Shown: positions 1-14,700 of the stretch, one piece after another
How the letters are laid out: every line of letters starts with the position of its first letter
How positions within the stretch are numbered: the stretch's first letter is position 1
NCBI GenBank assembly: GCA_903813345.2
Contig: CAIIXF020000001.1
Span: 30,008,001 to 30,072,000 of the forward strand
Direction: 5' to 3'
Length of the DNA stretch: 64,000 nucleotides
Source: Owenia fusiformis
Taxonomy: Eukaryota
Made by a program: the position numbers and the translations under genes
Notes under the pieces: model-generated
Database searches by the model: none
What the model was told of the DNA's origin: nothing
What the model saw: only the letters and a program-made list of their open reading frames with translations

Positions 1-444
1 AGACTTTGGGATGAAGAAAATGATCTTGTTGAATTCTAGATACAGCACATCATGATGCAGTTTATCGGGAATGTAGGGATACCAGCCCGGGGACATCAGA
101 GAATACACTTCCAAATCTATTGCCTATTAGATTCCCATGCCGATTTTTAGGATTTTCAAATGACAAGAGGCACAAAATATTTTTTTAATTTTTTGCAAAA
201 ACTTCCCCTTCAAAAGTCCTTCATTTGTATCAACGTTTTTTTAAGCTAGCCTCCAATTGGGCATCACTAAATGTGACCTCAACACCATTCTCCCAAGGGC
301 CTATTCTAAACATCAAAATCTTTACTGATTAGTAAAATTGAACAAGTATATGACTGCTCCAAGTTGCCGCACCACGAAGGTTACTGAACCTTTAAAAAGC
401 CAAATTTAGACTGAGGATTGAAAAGGTTCTAAGAACTTTTTTTT

Positions 445-1115
445 GGTAGACCGGAAGTAAATTTACGAGTCGAGTAAAAAGTGATAATGTTCTTTTTATG
501 AAGTGGGGAAGTCAAAACAGTTCTTATAGGAAGTCAAAGTAAGCATTCAAGGATCATTTAGAAGCATTTAAAATCAAATCCACTGCAAAAGTGAAATGAA
601 TAAAATCGTTGTATGTTTCCTTCTTCGTTTTCTTCGCGGACCTCAGAGAAGACACTTCCGGTTTAATAATCGGTGAGTTTATCGATCAAAAAATATATTT
701 TTATGAATATCTCCGGTATCTGCTTAAATATAGTATGTTAATTTGTGTTGATTGTTAAATTACAAAACAGGTTGAGTAAAAATATGTCAAAATCGTTTGA
801 TCTCGTCCCAGAAGCAATATTTTGTCATTTCCGTCACTTAGAATTCCTTTAAGGCTGGCTCTCTAGCAAAATTGGCAATCAAAATGCTAAAGACCCTATT
901 TAAGGCTTTCTAGCCGAAATGCCAAAGAACCTTAAAATTTAAGGCTCTTTAGCCAAATGGGTTACCAAAATGCTAAAGAGCCTAAAATTTTAGGCTCTCC
1001 AGTCACTGCCTTATTTTTTACATCGGGCTGCGCATGCGTATTGGAGAGAGTGGATGGATCGGTAAATATCGTGACAAACAGCTTTTGAACTTCTCTCTTC
1101 TATTACTAAAGGTAA
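445..1115 (+). promoter_or_regulatory. Candidate promoter / non-coding first exon(s) of the wHTH-PNP gene
   Basis: ETS motifs CCGGAAGT (451) and CACTTCCGG (about 653), donor CG|gtgagt at 672/673, NRF1-like TGCGCATGCG (1029-1038) and donor AAG|gtaaag near 1111; locally richer in CpG. The assignment to this gene is inferred. Confidence 0.4.
848..1003. repeat. Degenerate ~40-50 bp tandem repeat (aaggctctctagc...aaaatgctaaagaccctaaaattt)
   Basis: Three to four imperfect copies visible directly. Confidence 0.6.
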
Positions 1116-1147
1116 AGTATACCATTGATAGTGCTGACTGTGCTTCG

Positions 1148-1960
1148 ATGTTCTTATTTGGATATTTATTTTTTTATCATTTTCTTAGCATACAAAGATA
1201 CATGGTTGTAGATATATTAGCTAACAAATTGTGGGATGCTTTCCTGGCCTGCCCACATGCTATCTATTGCAAGACTTATGCCTGGCTCAACCGTCACCAT
1301 GTTATTAAGATTTTTGACATCTAAAAAGTTACTTGACTTTTTTGCAAAAAAACTTCCAAAAAGTGACAGTCGCATTTAATTCACATTGTCGTACTTAAAA
1401 AATGATCCACTGCCTAACTTATGCACCATCGAACTTGGTAATATTGTACACGTAACTATTAATAACGGTATATTCCCATAGAAAACTGGGCTTGCTTTTC
1501 TACATTTCAAACAAAAATTCTCTATGGAGCTTTTGTTTTTCTGACGTAAGTCGTAATTTCTTTTAAGAAATCGGTCACGTGACACAGTTCATTTCATCTT
1601 ATTTCGAAAGGGGTGTCATCTATTTAGAATATTTATTTTCATCTATATATATTGCAAGGTCTGTCATTAACGTGGTAATGTTAAAGCCTGATATGACCGT
1701 GACAATGCTATATTATATTGCAAGGCCTACCATGACCGTGGTAATGTTAAAGCCTGATATGACCGTGCCATATCACAATCATATCAGGCTTTAACATTAC
1801 CAAGGTCACGACAGGCCTTGAAATATAATTAATTTATCATTTGTGTGAATTTGGTTGGGTAGACAGGCCAGGAAAGCATTTCCCGCAATATAGAAGTGAC
1901 TAGTGTGTACGACCCTCGTATGCAAGAAAATAAGAAAAAATAAATATCCTAATAAGAAAA
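1148..1960. mobile_element. Inverted-repeat element containing a long hairpin (1711-1829) with a partial duplication of one arm (about 1648-1705)
   Basis: 1151-1260 is inversely similar to 1857-1960. The arm gtaatgttaaagcctgatatga pairs with tcatatcaggctttaacattac. Confidence 0.55.
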
Positions 1961-1999
1961 AATAACAACAAATAACAGCATACGACGGTCAGATTTATA

Positions 2000-2996
2000 C
2001 AGTGCGTATCGTAAAAAACGCAACAGATTGTTATCTCGGAAAAGCACAAAACCAGTGATAACAGCATTGATTTCATTCAATGCACCATAAAGCCATGTGT
2101 CTCCTCTTTACAATGATATATCATTCATTGATATTTGGTCATGGTTGGGCGAGTAATCATTCCATTTGCCAAGTAGGCCAAAATTAGCTTTTGACCAAGT
2201 TATAAACATCGAAAAAGTCAGTGTTCGGAGCCCGATGCAAAATTGGAAGAAAACATAAAACCAATGCTGACTGCATCCTTTTCATTCAATGTACCAAAAA
2301 GCCAAATTACTCCTCTTTGCAATGGAATATCATTCATTCACAGAGAGTCATGGCTGGCAGAATAATCATTAATTTTGCAAAGTGGGGCAAAATTCAGCTC
2401 TGACCCAAGTTTTAAACATTGCAAAAGTCAGTACAAGGGGCATAGGGGCTATTGGAAGAAGGTGTGACAGGTGTGGCATAGACAGTTAAGTGTTCATACT
2501 CATACTCTTGCAAGAATACATCCCATACTCCTCCAAATTGCCACCACTTTCTTGCACATAAAGATGCGCTCATCTGTCCACGTCATGCATGGTTCAGCCC
2601 TGAGTCATCTGTGGGTTAAAGCAGAGAAAAGCAGCCCATGGGCAATTCTTTCTCGAGGTTTTGCAATATCTGGTGGAGCAATTGTGAGCACAGATGCTCC
2701 TGAGATAGCTTCAAAAGAAAAAGTCACAACAATTGAAGTCAGGGGAACTTCCATCGGCACTTAGCCCTTGCACTGATTTTTGCGATATCTAAAACTTGGC
2801 CCAGAGTCGATTTTGACCCACTGTGCAAATGGAAGGATTTCTCACCCAACCATAACCACATGTGAATGAATGACATATCATTGCAAAGAGGAGAGACGTG
2901 GCTTTATGGTACATCAAATGAAATTCATGTATTCATCACTAGTTTTTTTGGAATTGTACGGGATAACTACTTGTTGCGTTTTTTTGATACGCCCTG
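2000..2996. mobile_element. Tc1/mariner-type MITE with long imperfect TIRs and TA flanks
   Basis: ta|cagtgcgtatc...gatacgccctg|ta; more than 130 bp of inverted similarity at the ends; internal direct repeat of about 200 bp. Confidence 0.8.
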
Positions 2997-3360
2997 TATG
3001 ACTAATCTACAGTAACAGTTTATCCCGTGCCAGGACTATAGTCCTGAGAACGTCTCAATCTTTTGCCTGTAGGATTACAACATGGGCGAATTTTCTATGC
3101 CTCTTACACTTAAGATAGTTAGTTAATATTTTTAGATATTCTGTTTCAATATTGTCCTTAAATTGCTTATTTTTTAGATTCAAAGTAGTTCCATACATTT
3201 AAAATTTTACTGTAATGTTCCAAACTCTCCTAAACTGCAGAAAAGTATACACTGTAAATCATGTTTACCAAAATGAGTGTCTCCGAGGCTTCATACCAGC
3301 GTATGCATTTGTCACAAGTTTGAGCTGAAATTTCGCTAAAACGAAGTCAAGATGATCTCT

Positions 3361-5100
3361 GCCAATGAATGCGACTGTTGCTTAACTTATATAGGAGTTA
3401 GTAAACTCATGAATGAACCCATATCAGCTAATTTAAAAAGTAGTCCATATATATCAACTATCAAAGACTTGTTATATAAGAACAATCCTTTATATTTTAA
3501 AAATAAATGATGTATGTAATGTAAACAATGAACTATTAAGCTATGATCAAATTGGGCAAAAAGTAGGTTTTAGTGGTCAGACTTTTCATCAATACAATTT
3601 ACTCAAAGGAGTTTTTAACAAGGTAGACATGTCTGACAATTAAAAAATGAATGAAATATTGACGAAAATTGATGCTTGTTTGCGGAACAGTTCCTGGGAT
3701 TACCATCAGTGTTCGCGCTAGCCATTAAAATTTCTGAGTCCCAGGGACGCAACCCATTTGAAAAATTTTAGTCCCCATCTAATTTTTTTGCGTCCCTCTT
3801 ATTTCTTCACAAAGATCAAGAAAATATTGTGAAAGTGAAAATAAAGTGGGCGATAATAGAGTGCTTACACTAAAATGGGATAAAAATGACATATATTGTA
3901 ATTTGATGCATCCTCCCGATAAATATCTATCACTGGGTCCTTTGCACACAATTCTTAAGTAATGTTATACCAAAATAGTCCGAAATGAATAAAGGAAATG
4001 CTCAAATTAAGAGTTTTGTTTTCACATTTTACAAACTTGCGATCTTGAAGGTCATGTCAAGGTCGTGAACTTTTGCTTCTTTTTATTAACATTTCTCCTT
4101 ATTCTGAAGACTTTTAGATGAAAAACCTCGATCTATCATTAAACAATTATCTTGATGTATAACATTAGATTGATATATAATGGTTTCTAGTGGAAATAAT
4201 AAAAATAATCGTGAAAAACAATCGTTTCAATTTGTGGGGAACCACAGGGGATTTCTGCAATATTGTATGTTTTGATCTTCCATTTCGATTGCAGCATTTC
4301 CGGAATATATCGGAACCAATCAAAATCCATGTCTCATACTGGAAACTCTGTTAATCTTCGGTAGTCATGATAGCCAATCAGATTTATCGATATAAATATA
4401 CCTGGATCATTGCTCGCCGTATATTAAGGTAGTGAGTTTGAAAATCTTGATGAAAATCATGTTTCACCGCTACTGTGCTGCAGTAAAAGTTATCTTGAAG
4501 CAGTTTATAATTTTTGCGTCCTAGGGACGTAAGTTGATTTTGATTTTTACGTCCAACCTTCTGAAATTTCCGTAAAAATGGCAAAAAACGGCGTCAACGC
4601 GAACACTATACATTCTTCTAAAATAGAGATTACGGCAGCAGCAGCCACCATGCAGGCTTTTATCTGGCTATTACAGAGATGTAAGGAGAAGGCATGGATG
4701 CTGAGCTTTGACATGAATGAGTTGTCTGCTGTATTAGTCTATTTATTTATTTGGATTTACACTATTTATAACAGTGGCACTTAAACACTTTATAAGATTA
4801 ATACAGTTGATACTATTAATACCGCTAGAATAAAACTGTTTTTTTTATGCTTTATATTGAGACCAAAATATTGAAGAATCATAGGATACATAAGAATTTC
4901 ACATGTGTGTCGGTACCGTAGTGATTGTATGTATCGAAACTTCCAGAACTTACAAGGAAATAAATCATTTTGATGGTTAATTTAATTTCTCATAGATATT
5001 GTGCTTATGCTTCATGGAAGACAAAACTAAGCTGATATAGGTTCATTCATGAGTGTTTGCTAAACTCCTAGAAGGTAGGTGACAGTCGCATTCGTTAGCT
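3361..5100. mobile_element. Older inverted-repeat element interrupted by the hAT-like MITE
   Basis: gaatgcgactgt...aaactcatgaatgaacccatatcagct (3367-3430) pairs inversely with agctgatataggttcattcatgag...acagtcgcattc (5030-5092). Confidence 0.55.
3707..4608. mobile_element. hAT-like non-autonomous element
   Basis: Termini CAGTGTTCGCG...CGCGAACACTA; subterminal GGGACG/CGTCCC motifs; an 8-bp TSD is only partly recognisable. Confidence 0.65.
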
Positions 5101-5718
5101 AACTATTTTTTATTTACATATGTGAGGCAAATTGTTACTGAATTGATGAATTACATGTATTTAGGATGCAGTGGCGACTTATTGCAATGATTCTGTTTGG
5201 ATAAAAAAATTCTTTCATCCCTTTTACATATACTGCTATACATGGTGTATATACGTGTACTGTAGTCACCTTGAATACGCTGTGACTGGAGCTGATTAGA
5301 CTATGGTGCTGCTCCAGTGGACTGTGCTTCTGCTCTAATAGATTGTTGAACTGATGCACAGTCTAGTTGTCTAGTATTCAAGCAAGAGCCATTTATTTTT
5401 TCAGATGATATTTGGATTTTCAGAGTGTTTCTGTCCTCCAAATATTTCAAGTTGGACTTGCTGTTTCAAAATTCCCGTCAGATGGATTAAGGCCAGATGC
5501 CAAATTATGACATCTCAATATTCATGGTTTTGATTAATATGTCAAAAAGCTTAACCATCAAACGATTTTACAAAAGAAAGATAGAAAATCACCATGAATG
5601 AATAACTACAGAATAACTGCAAAATAAAATGTTTAAACTCTGTCTAATATTTATAGTTGATTCCTTTTGATTCTTAATTATATTGATTTGTTTCAGAAAA
5701 GGCAGCTGAACAGTCAAG

Positions 5719-8700
5719 ATGCAAGACGGTATGTACTTATTCAATTTATTTATAACATATATGTATCTACAGGGGACATTTTATCTTTAAATATCCAGAT
5801 CCTGGGTCTCATCTGATAATTTGTTTTCAATCTCATCATGTGCTAAAAGATTTTATGGTATGTTTCATTTTTTCCATATTCAAAACAGGAACTAAGACTG
5901 TATTAAAGGGAGGCCACTTAACCACTTTATTTACAAGAACTAATTCACATAGATATCATAAATGATTATTGTAACAGGAATAAAAGGAATGTATGAGTCT
6001 TCATGACCAACAGTAACTTGAGACTGTGTACCCTGCCCTGTGTGGTTACAGATAGCTAAAATAAAACCAACAGAGTTAATCTTATTGTGTTGTGAATAAT
6101 TTATAGAACTAGAAACCAATGGTAGAAACTTGTAATATGATCCAAGGTGTTGTAGAAACTTTGAGTTTGTTTTTGAGGGATTCACTTGTTTTTCTCTTTA
6201 AGGTCAACATCTTTGAACCGCAATGAATTCAAGTATTTCATAAAAGATGTTTGAATACTAAGTTCAAATGACCTGACTATTTCCTCATTGTAAATTATAA
6301 TTCCCTAGACCCTGTACCAGACAAAAAAACGCTGTACCCAAATACATGATTTTTTACATGTATTTGTAAATTTTCTATCAAATTCCAGCAGTGGGGCGAA
6401 CATTTCCTAATATTGATTCCTCCTGTCCCTACTGGGATTTATGTTAGTGTGAAATTCAGAAAAAGTTCTAGTGATTTAGTACCACTTTTGAGAAATGGAG
6501 CATTTATGGCTGAATTATTGCAATATGGCACTTTGCCTTGTCTGCTGTTAGCTCTCAGCTACATAATTGCCATAATTAGAAGTTTCATTGTGTGTGAAAA
6601 ATTACTATGGTATAATTATTTCCTCAATATATATTTAAAGGGGCTCAGTCTCTAGCCCTGCCCCATCCCATCTACCCCAAATTAACAAAATCAGCTTAAA
6701 ACGTAAAAGCATAAAAAATCAGCTATCCTCAATCATAACATAAATTCCTTATAGTAAATCTAACGATGTGAAATGTATTAGTGATAACCAAAGCTTTAGT
6801 TCACTATGGCTAGACTTATGGTGATATTACCACTCAATGAAACTTGAAAATGTAGGAACAGGTTGGAGGTCTATGTTATGTACCCGAATGTCTATAGTTC
6901 ATGAGATCTAGATCTTGTTCTTGAGTGGGTTGTCTAAACATTCAGTGCTAACACTTATCCCAGAGTTTGAACATATGCTATATGGTTATAAAATTAGATC
7001 CACTTACGTAACAATCAAGTATAACAAGTTTGAAGAAAAGAAATCAAAGGAACTTTTATTTCTTGTACATGATAGTGTGTTTGTCTGATCTAAATAGGCA
7101 GAATCAATATATGTACCAAAAATGAGGCAACGTCTATTGGTAGTTGACATTTTACATTGTTCCATTTTCTTGATGACTGGAATACTGTTTTCTGGGATAG
7201 CCATGGAGTAGGTAGCAAAAGTATCTTTGAAGATTTTCCATGGTCACCATGATATATATGTACTCTGTTTTTCATAAACAATTCTGTTAGGGAGCGAACA
7301 GACACTGCATGGATGTACTGTGTAGTACATGTATAGAGGCAAACAGTTGAGCTTTTACCCTTCTTTAGACATATATAAGCCTATCACTCTTTAGAACAGG
7401 GAGATTTCTTTAGCCTACCTACATGTATTGTACAACGCTCATTTGTATTGGATTTTTACAGACCACGTTAAATGAATATATTGTTCTGTTTCATGATCAG
7501 AGTGAGCATAATAAACTAATCTGTATTATGTAGAATCTCTAGGAAGCTTTAGCCCATGCTAATACAAAATATAATGAAAGTTATAGTTATCAATTTATCA
7601 AAAATCTCCATGGGGAAAGTCTTCCAAGGGCAATACAAATAGTTATGTCTGAGCGAGAAGATAATGAAGATTGAAAATGGATTGTTTTAATTAAAGAATG
7701 TTAAATATATAGTTCTCATCGGCTAGGGCTAGACATGTCAAATTATATTTAAGGAATAAAGAATCCTGTATCATTCTTCATTGGAAATTTAAAAGCATGA
7801 GTGCATGTACTAACCCATACACATAATGGATGAGGGCAGAGCCAGAGTACATTGTCAGAATGGGTTAGTAAATGCATGAATGCAATTAAATCCAATAAAG
7901 AATGATACTGGGCTCTTCATAGTTGCAATTCAAATATATATCACTAACTATCACTCCTTTATAAAAATGACATTGTTCAGTTCTTTATGAAACCATAATG
8001 CACTTTGATGATGCCACTCTTTTACTAAAAATGGCACTGTTCAGTTCATTATAAAACCATAATCCACTGTAAAATAATCTTTCTTCTCAGTTGACCATAT
8101 ACCATCAATTAATGCACTGAAATGCTCTAAGCTGATTGGCTCTGACACACTAGGCATTTGAATTTCTATTAGTATGGTCATCACTTTTTATCTCTAAAAA
8201 TTGTTTGAATCTTCATTTTTTATGACTGGATGCTGGCATTCAGCAGTTGATATCTGTTAGAGTTGTTTCACTTTTATAACCATTTGGAATATGTGCAACC
8301 AGGTGGTCACATTTTGTAATGTTAATGCCTGTTGCACTTGTAGCATATTCTCAGAAACAATGAACAACATTGTGTATTTGGCATAGAAAACAATTTATGT
8401 TGAAATTGTATTGGTTGTGTTATATTCCCCTTGAGTTTCTATTTAACTAGCGTGCTGAATTTATAAATAGGGCAGTATAATATTAATCCAGTGAATATCT
8501 TCACCCTGATAAAGTATCAAGAATAGCATCTGTCTATGAGTAGAGCATTTAGCCTTGGTCTATTTACCAAGCACAAGCTCTAATTGCCTCTCCTTACATA
8601 TAGCATAACCAGCTGATATGAACAGATACCACTTAATTAGATTATCTCTGTAGTTTCAGTTTTTTGGAGGGAATGTCACGGTGGCTCTGATGTTATTATA

Positions 8701-11700
8701 ACCTGACTCTTTTAGTTGGTCCCAGCAAGATACACTTTAGACATGTATTTTACATTTATTTTAAATTTGTTTTTTATCAATTTGTTAACCATATACATGC
8801 CATCACAAATGCAGTCACAGTATGTCTTATCTAGAGATTAGTTGCAACTTGATATCAATAACTGGAGGTCAGATATATCTTAGATAATCTCAGTATTAGA
8901 AATAATCCAAAAATCAATATTTGTGATGCATATCTATATTCATAAATGCATTCCCTCTGTGCTATATCTGAATGTACCATGGATTTTCCTGCTGACATAT
9001 ATTACAATAAATCTTGAAAATTGCATTGCAGTATCTTTATGTCATGTCACTATTTTTTATGTCATGTCACTATTTTTTATGTCATGTCAATATTATTGAT
9101 GTCATGTCTGTCATGTTCAATATACAGTTACATGTATTTGTCTGCTCACTGGGACGTGAAGCTACATTCTTAAAACATCTTACAAAACTGCTTCATATAT
9201 ACATGTACCTTAAACATATCTAAGTATGGCATAAATTATTTTGTTTTTCAGAAAAAATTGTTATGACCCCTACCAAAAAGGGAAACACATCATGTATAAA
9301 AATAGAAAAAGTTCCCAAATTCTCCCTGGATGAGACAAAAGTTGCACATCAAGCTGGTGGCGAACACAGTGGGCTTGTCATCAATAAAAAACAAGATGGT
9401 GAGTACATAAAATAGAATCCCAGTTAATAAGCTTCACCAAACCTTGTCTTTCCTCCTACAGTATCATAGGGTGGGATTGCAAAATTTGTCTGCTATGGGG
9501 ATCATGTTATTTTTGGGGGTGTGTCATTATATTAAAGAAAATAGTCTATGTCAGTTTGAAGTCCAATAACACAAGGAGCAAAAGCTATTGAAAATGGCTG
9601 TAACATACAATACTCTAAAATGTATGTGTTCCTCTGAGTTAAGAAAATAATGTTAAAGTTTCTTGTCTGCTATGGAGGATTGTCCACAAGTTCAAACTTC
9701 AAATTCAGATCCCTTATAGCTTACAAGAAACTTTTTTTATAACATAATTATTTCGATCCCACCTTATGAATATGAATTTATTAAAATGTATAATAGCTTT
9801 ATGCGAGTTTTCTCAAAATATATTGACGTTTTTTATTTTATTATTTTTACCCAAAAATGAGAAAGAGTGTGGGAATTGGGAAAGTCCACAATCAAAGGAA
9901 CATCTAGATCTGCTCTGGTATAATGTTGCACAATTAATCAGTCCATGTTTATAATTAAGCGTATGTTATTTCAGAGAGTGGTGAGGCACGAAAGCAAGAT
10001 CTACAACTAGAGTTCAAATGTTTCCTGGTTGATGCTAAAACTGGCAGTCATGTCCCTGTAAGTTGCCATTCATGAATTGCCCATGCTCTAACCAGGATTT
10101 ATGTTAGTTTACCAAAATCACCTAAAATATTCAATAGATTATAGTGTAATGTTAGGAACCTTTTTCAGAAGGATGAAGTAGGATAAAGTATTTAGTTATT
10201 CAGGCTGAAATCCTATTCATAAAACTAAAAAAGTGTTTGTTTTATGGCTATTATATTGCTATATCAAGCATTTTAATTGTTTTTTCTTTATTCTTTATTT
10301 GTAGGAAAACCGAGCATTAAAATTCTGGTTTCAAGAGGGCACTGACTATTTAGATAAAGTAACCGGGGCTTATGAATTCTTCAAAGAACTGGTAAAGCCT
10401 GATAAGTTTCCCAGAGGTGAGTGGGGTGATAGCGCAATGTACATTCGTTCATCCACCCATTCATTTTTCCAGATCATATTATTGGACAGATTTGGTTCAA
10501 ATTTTGGAGGCTGATGTCATATGGGCATAGGACCTCTACTCTAGCGTTGAGAAGCAATTTTTAATGTGGCCACTCAATTCAAAATGCCCACCATATTTCT
10601 TATTTAAGTTCAAATTTTAAATTTTCAAGATGGCCACTGAATTTCAAAATGGCCACCATTTTCACGAAAAATGTGAATTTTGATAATTTCAATACAAGTT
10701 TTAGAATTTGGTTCAAATTTTATAGGTTAATGTTTTGTGGGCAATTCTGCTCAGCAGGAAAGCCTTTTAAAAGAGGCCCCTCATTTTAAAATGACCTCCA
10801 TTATTTTATGCAATCTTTGATAACTCAAATATTAGTTAACAGGTTTGATTTAAATTTTATATGCTGATGCCTAAGGGGCATAGTCTAATAGTCTTTATGA
10901 GGGAATCAATACATATGTAACTAAAACCATTATGAACCTTCATACCAAATGTTTTATTATCAGACAGGATATAAACAATAAAATATTTTACCACGTTTTA
11001 GATTACGTCGGATTCATCAAGAAGGTAATGAAACAGCTGCAGGATGCCAAATACACTCAGATAAAGAAGGTTGATTGTGAGCTGACCCCTCTAGCCAGTA
11101 GTGATGAACCTCCACCCAGTCCAGGTAAGCTCATGACTTATTTCTCTTAGGCCCCTATATATAATAAACACATGGGGGAAAGATGGTGTACTACTATCTT
11201 TACTTTGCAACACCCATTTTAGATGTTAAGGATGCTATAGCAAGAAGCAGACATTTTCACTATTCCCTTATGTTCACTATTAAGTCATTGGCCTATTCCA
11301 TTCAATGTAAAAAAACTGCTTATATATCACACCCGGTGATCGCGAATATGGGACGGAGGGGGAGCAGGCAATTTCTGCTAGGAAATTCAACAAATCTGGA
11401 AGATTTATTTTTTCAAGAAAAAGTTTACTATTGAATTGCTTAATGGATAGGCGCATGGTATAGTAGAATATGTTAGGTTTTCTGGGATTTTTTCTGAAAC
11501 GATACGTATCTAAGGTGTGAGATCTATTAAAAAAGGCGCGAGGCCATCAACAGGCACAAATCAACGTTTTTGCTATAAATCAAGCAACAATGGCCTGGAC
11601 GACCTGTAATAAATACTTGTAAGTGATGTTATCATAACTAAATTAATGTCATTGCTGAATTTATAAAATAAGTTTCCATATGTGAAATTAAAAATAATTA

Positions 11701-14700
11701 TTATTTTTTATTTTACGTATGGAAACTTATTTTATAAATTCAGCAATGACATTAATTTAGTTATGATAACATCACTTACAAGTATTTATTACAGGTCGTG
11801 TAGTCCATTGTTGCTTGATTTATAGCAAAAACTTTGACTTTTGCACGTTGGTTGCGTTGCGCCTTTTTTAATAGATCTTATATCTTAAAAGAGTATCGGT
11901 TGAAAAATAATCCTAGAATACCTAACATATTTTATCATACCGTGCGCTTATCCAATTTGCAATTCAATCGTAAACTCTGTCTTGAAAAAATAATTTTACC
12001 AGATTTGTTGAATTTTCTAGCGGAAATTGCCTGCTCCCCCCTCCGTCCAATTTTCACGATCACCGGGTGTGTATATGTACTGTATGAATGTACCTAAAAC
12101 TATCTATATACAGGAGATATTGCTTTATCTGGGTCATTCATAGTTTGCTTCATCATACCCAAAACTATCTGTAAAGACCCATTTCATACCTAAAACTATC
12201 TATCAAGATCCATTTCTTGAGACACGGTCATTCTTCAATGCATTGTTTGCTGTTTTCTCATCATCACATTTCTATGGCTCAACATTTTAGAGGTAGGTTT
12301 GGGGTTTGTTCAGGCAACATCAAAATTAGGTCATGGATCAAATTATATCGAGTAATGACAGCCTAGATGGGACCTGATATAACCATTGACCTATTGTGGA
12401 CTCACTGACAAGAGAAATATGTCGGGTTACAGGTTCAGCTTTAGGCCACTTATCTCAACTTTAATGATAACTCCACTGAGAAAGTTCTGCAACATCATTA
12501 TGTACAAATTATATGTGTTCTATTTTTTTCAAACTATATTATTAACGTGGTAAGTAAACCCAACACAAAGGTAGCATGTTGCTGCTGAATGCATGAATAT
12601 GTCAGAAATTGCCTTCTTTTTTGCACTGATCTGTGAATTATGAAGGAGAAACTCCCTAAATTAAACTGTTTTGGTTACCCATGCAATATTTCTTCAGTAA
12701 TCTGTTTTCTATAATTTGTAATATTTTGAAAACATTAATTTGTGTGATTTGTGTTAGTGTTATAATCTTCAGTCTACAGTTTTTTTCATGATTAAAACAT
12801 ATCAAAAAATTCATGATCAATTTTGTGATTAACTTTCATGCATGACTTGCAATGTCTGTACAAAGAGGGGAGAAAACCCCAATCATAACTCTGCCCTATC
12901 TCAACATAAAAATGAAACTCCTCCATCCATTTGATTGGTTTAAATTTGTGATGCCCATCATCGTTGCTGATTTGATTGGTTGAAAATCATTTTGACCATA
13001 TCACAAAGAAACAAAACACTGTTTTGTAAAAGCTTTTCAAATAATAAAGTTTTAGTCTCTGGCATAGTTGAACAATACAATGACTTGTTATGACACACCA
13101 AGATGGAGAAAGGTGTATTAAATATGATGATTTGTTCAATGAAGGATCACTTCAATGTGTGATAATCAATAATTGAAAAAAAAATTTAAAATATGAAGGA
13201 GTTGTTTTGAAGAGGATATTTTGAGCTCAGTTATGAACTGTGGTTTATTTCCTCCTTTTGTCATTATATTTATATTTTATCATATGAATATAGAATATTT
13301 AAAGTTCATATCTATTTGATTCTTACTTTTATATAATTTCAGAATTCAATAACCTCCCCGAATTCCAGATTCTTTGCCTCCGACCATCTAGTAATCATAT
13401 GTATACATATAGACAAAAGTGACTAATATTCTAGTTTTTTTTATTAAATTTTGTATTAATTTATAATTTATTAACAGTTGCTTTTGTTGTCAGTAATTGA
13501 TTGTTGATACAATGATAAGTGTTTTGCTATTTTTTGATGTTTTGATTTAATTAAGATTATGAATTTTCAATCGCAATATCACTTGTAAGATGTCTACTTA
13601 TATATTGTTAAATGGGCAATGTTGTATGGATGATAAAGATTGAGCTTTAGAACTAAGAAGTACTACTCAATTAAATTACAGAATTACTCAACAAAAAAAA
13701 GAAACTTTTATAGAGTATTGTATATCCATCTATTTTGAGAATTTTTGTTTTCAAATATTTCGAATAATATAACTATACTGACCCTAAAATGTGTTTTAAA
13801 ATAAAACTGAGCATTTCTTCGTTTTGGATGTATTATTAAATGAAAAATCTTGATATGACATATTGTATAACTGAAAATCTCTTACTGCAGGAAAAAAAGT
13901 GGATACAAGACCCAAAGAGGTGATCATGCAAGAGAACCTTCTACAAATCTTAGAGTCTGCATATCCAAATATATTACATATGGAGGACCTTGTTAAGTGA
14001 GTACATTTACAGTGAAATTCAACAAATTACAATTTTGAGTGCCTTAGTAGTCTTGTCTCGTGTCCAAAGGTGCATATTGAAGCTGGTCATTTCAAGTAAA
14101 GGGGTATATTTCTCAAACATATATTTCTCAAACATACAGTCTTTGCAGTCTTTTGTTTAATACATCATGGGTGCCATGCTTACTCCAATGAATTTTTAGT
14201 GAAGAATAAATCGAGACCTCAGGCTACTTTTAAAATTTTTGATCAGAAAAATGCAACTGCTCCAAAATAGTCATTTGAACAAGCTGGATTCAAAACCACT
14301 CTTATAATCCCCTTCTTGACATTTATTTCCACAAAAGAAAGATGTTTTTGAGAGGGAGGCACTGGCAGGCCCATAGCCAGCTTTTACCGAAGGGGGTTCA
14401 CTTTTCAAAGAAATCCAGGGAGTTCACATTTCACCATTTTGGCCAAAGATCACTTGAAAAAATGCTCAGAATGGTGAAAACTGCATGATTTTGAAATTTT
14501 GAAAAAAAAATTGGCCAAGTTCGCTCAAATTACCTAAACCTCATTGGCTACAGATATGGGAGTGAGTCATGTTACACAGGAAGAAGTGGGAGTTTTTTCA
14601 GTGTTCATATTAAATGCATGGTTGTCAATACACATGACAGAAGTCTTAAACCAATTTGAATTTCAGAAGACAATTCTTAAATATTCAACTTGTTCCATGG

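Noticed and set aside
1034-1324. 96-aa ORF and other short AT-rich ORFs in 1-9000, 25000-28000 and 33400-37000
   Set aside because: No recognisable domains, composition typical of non-coding DNA, and many overlap MITEs.
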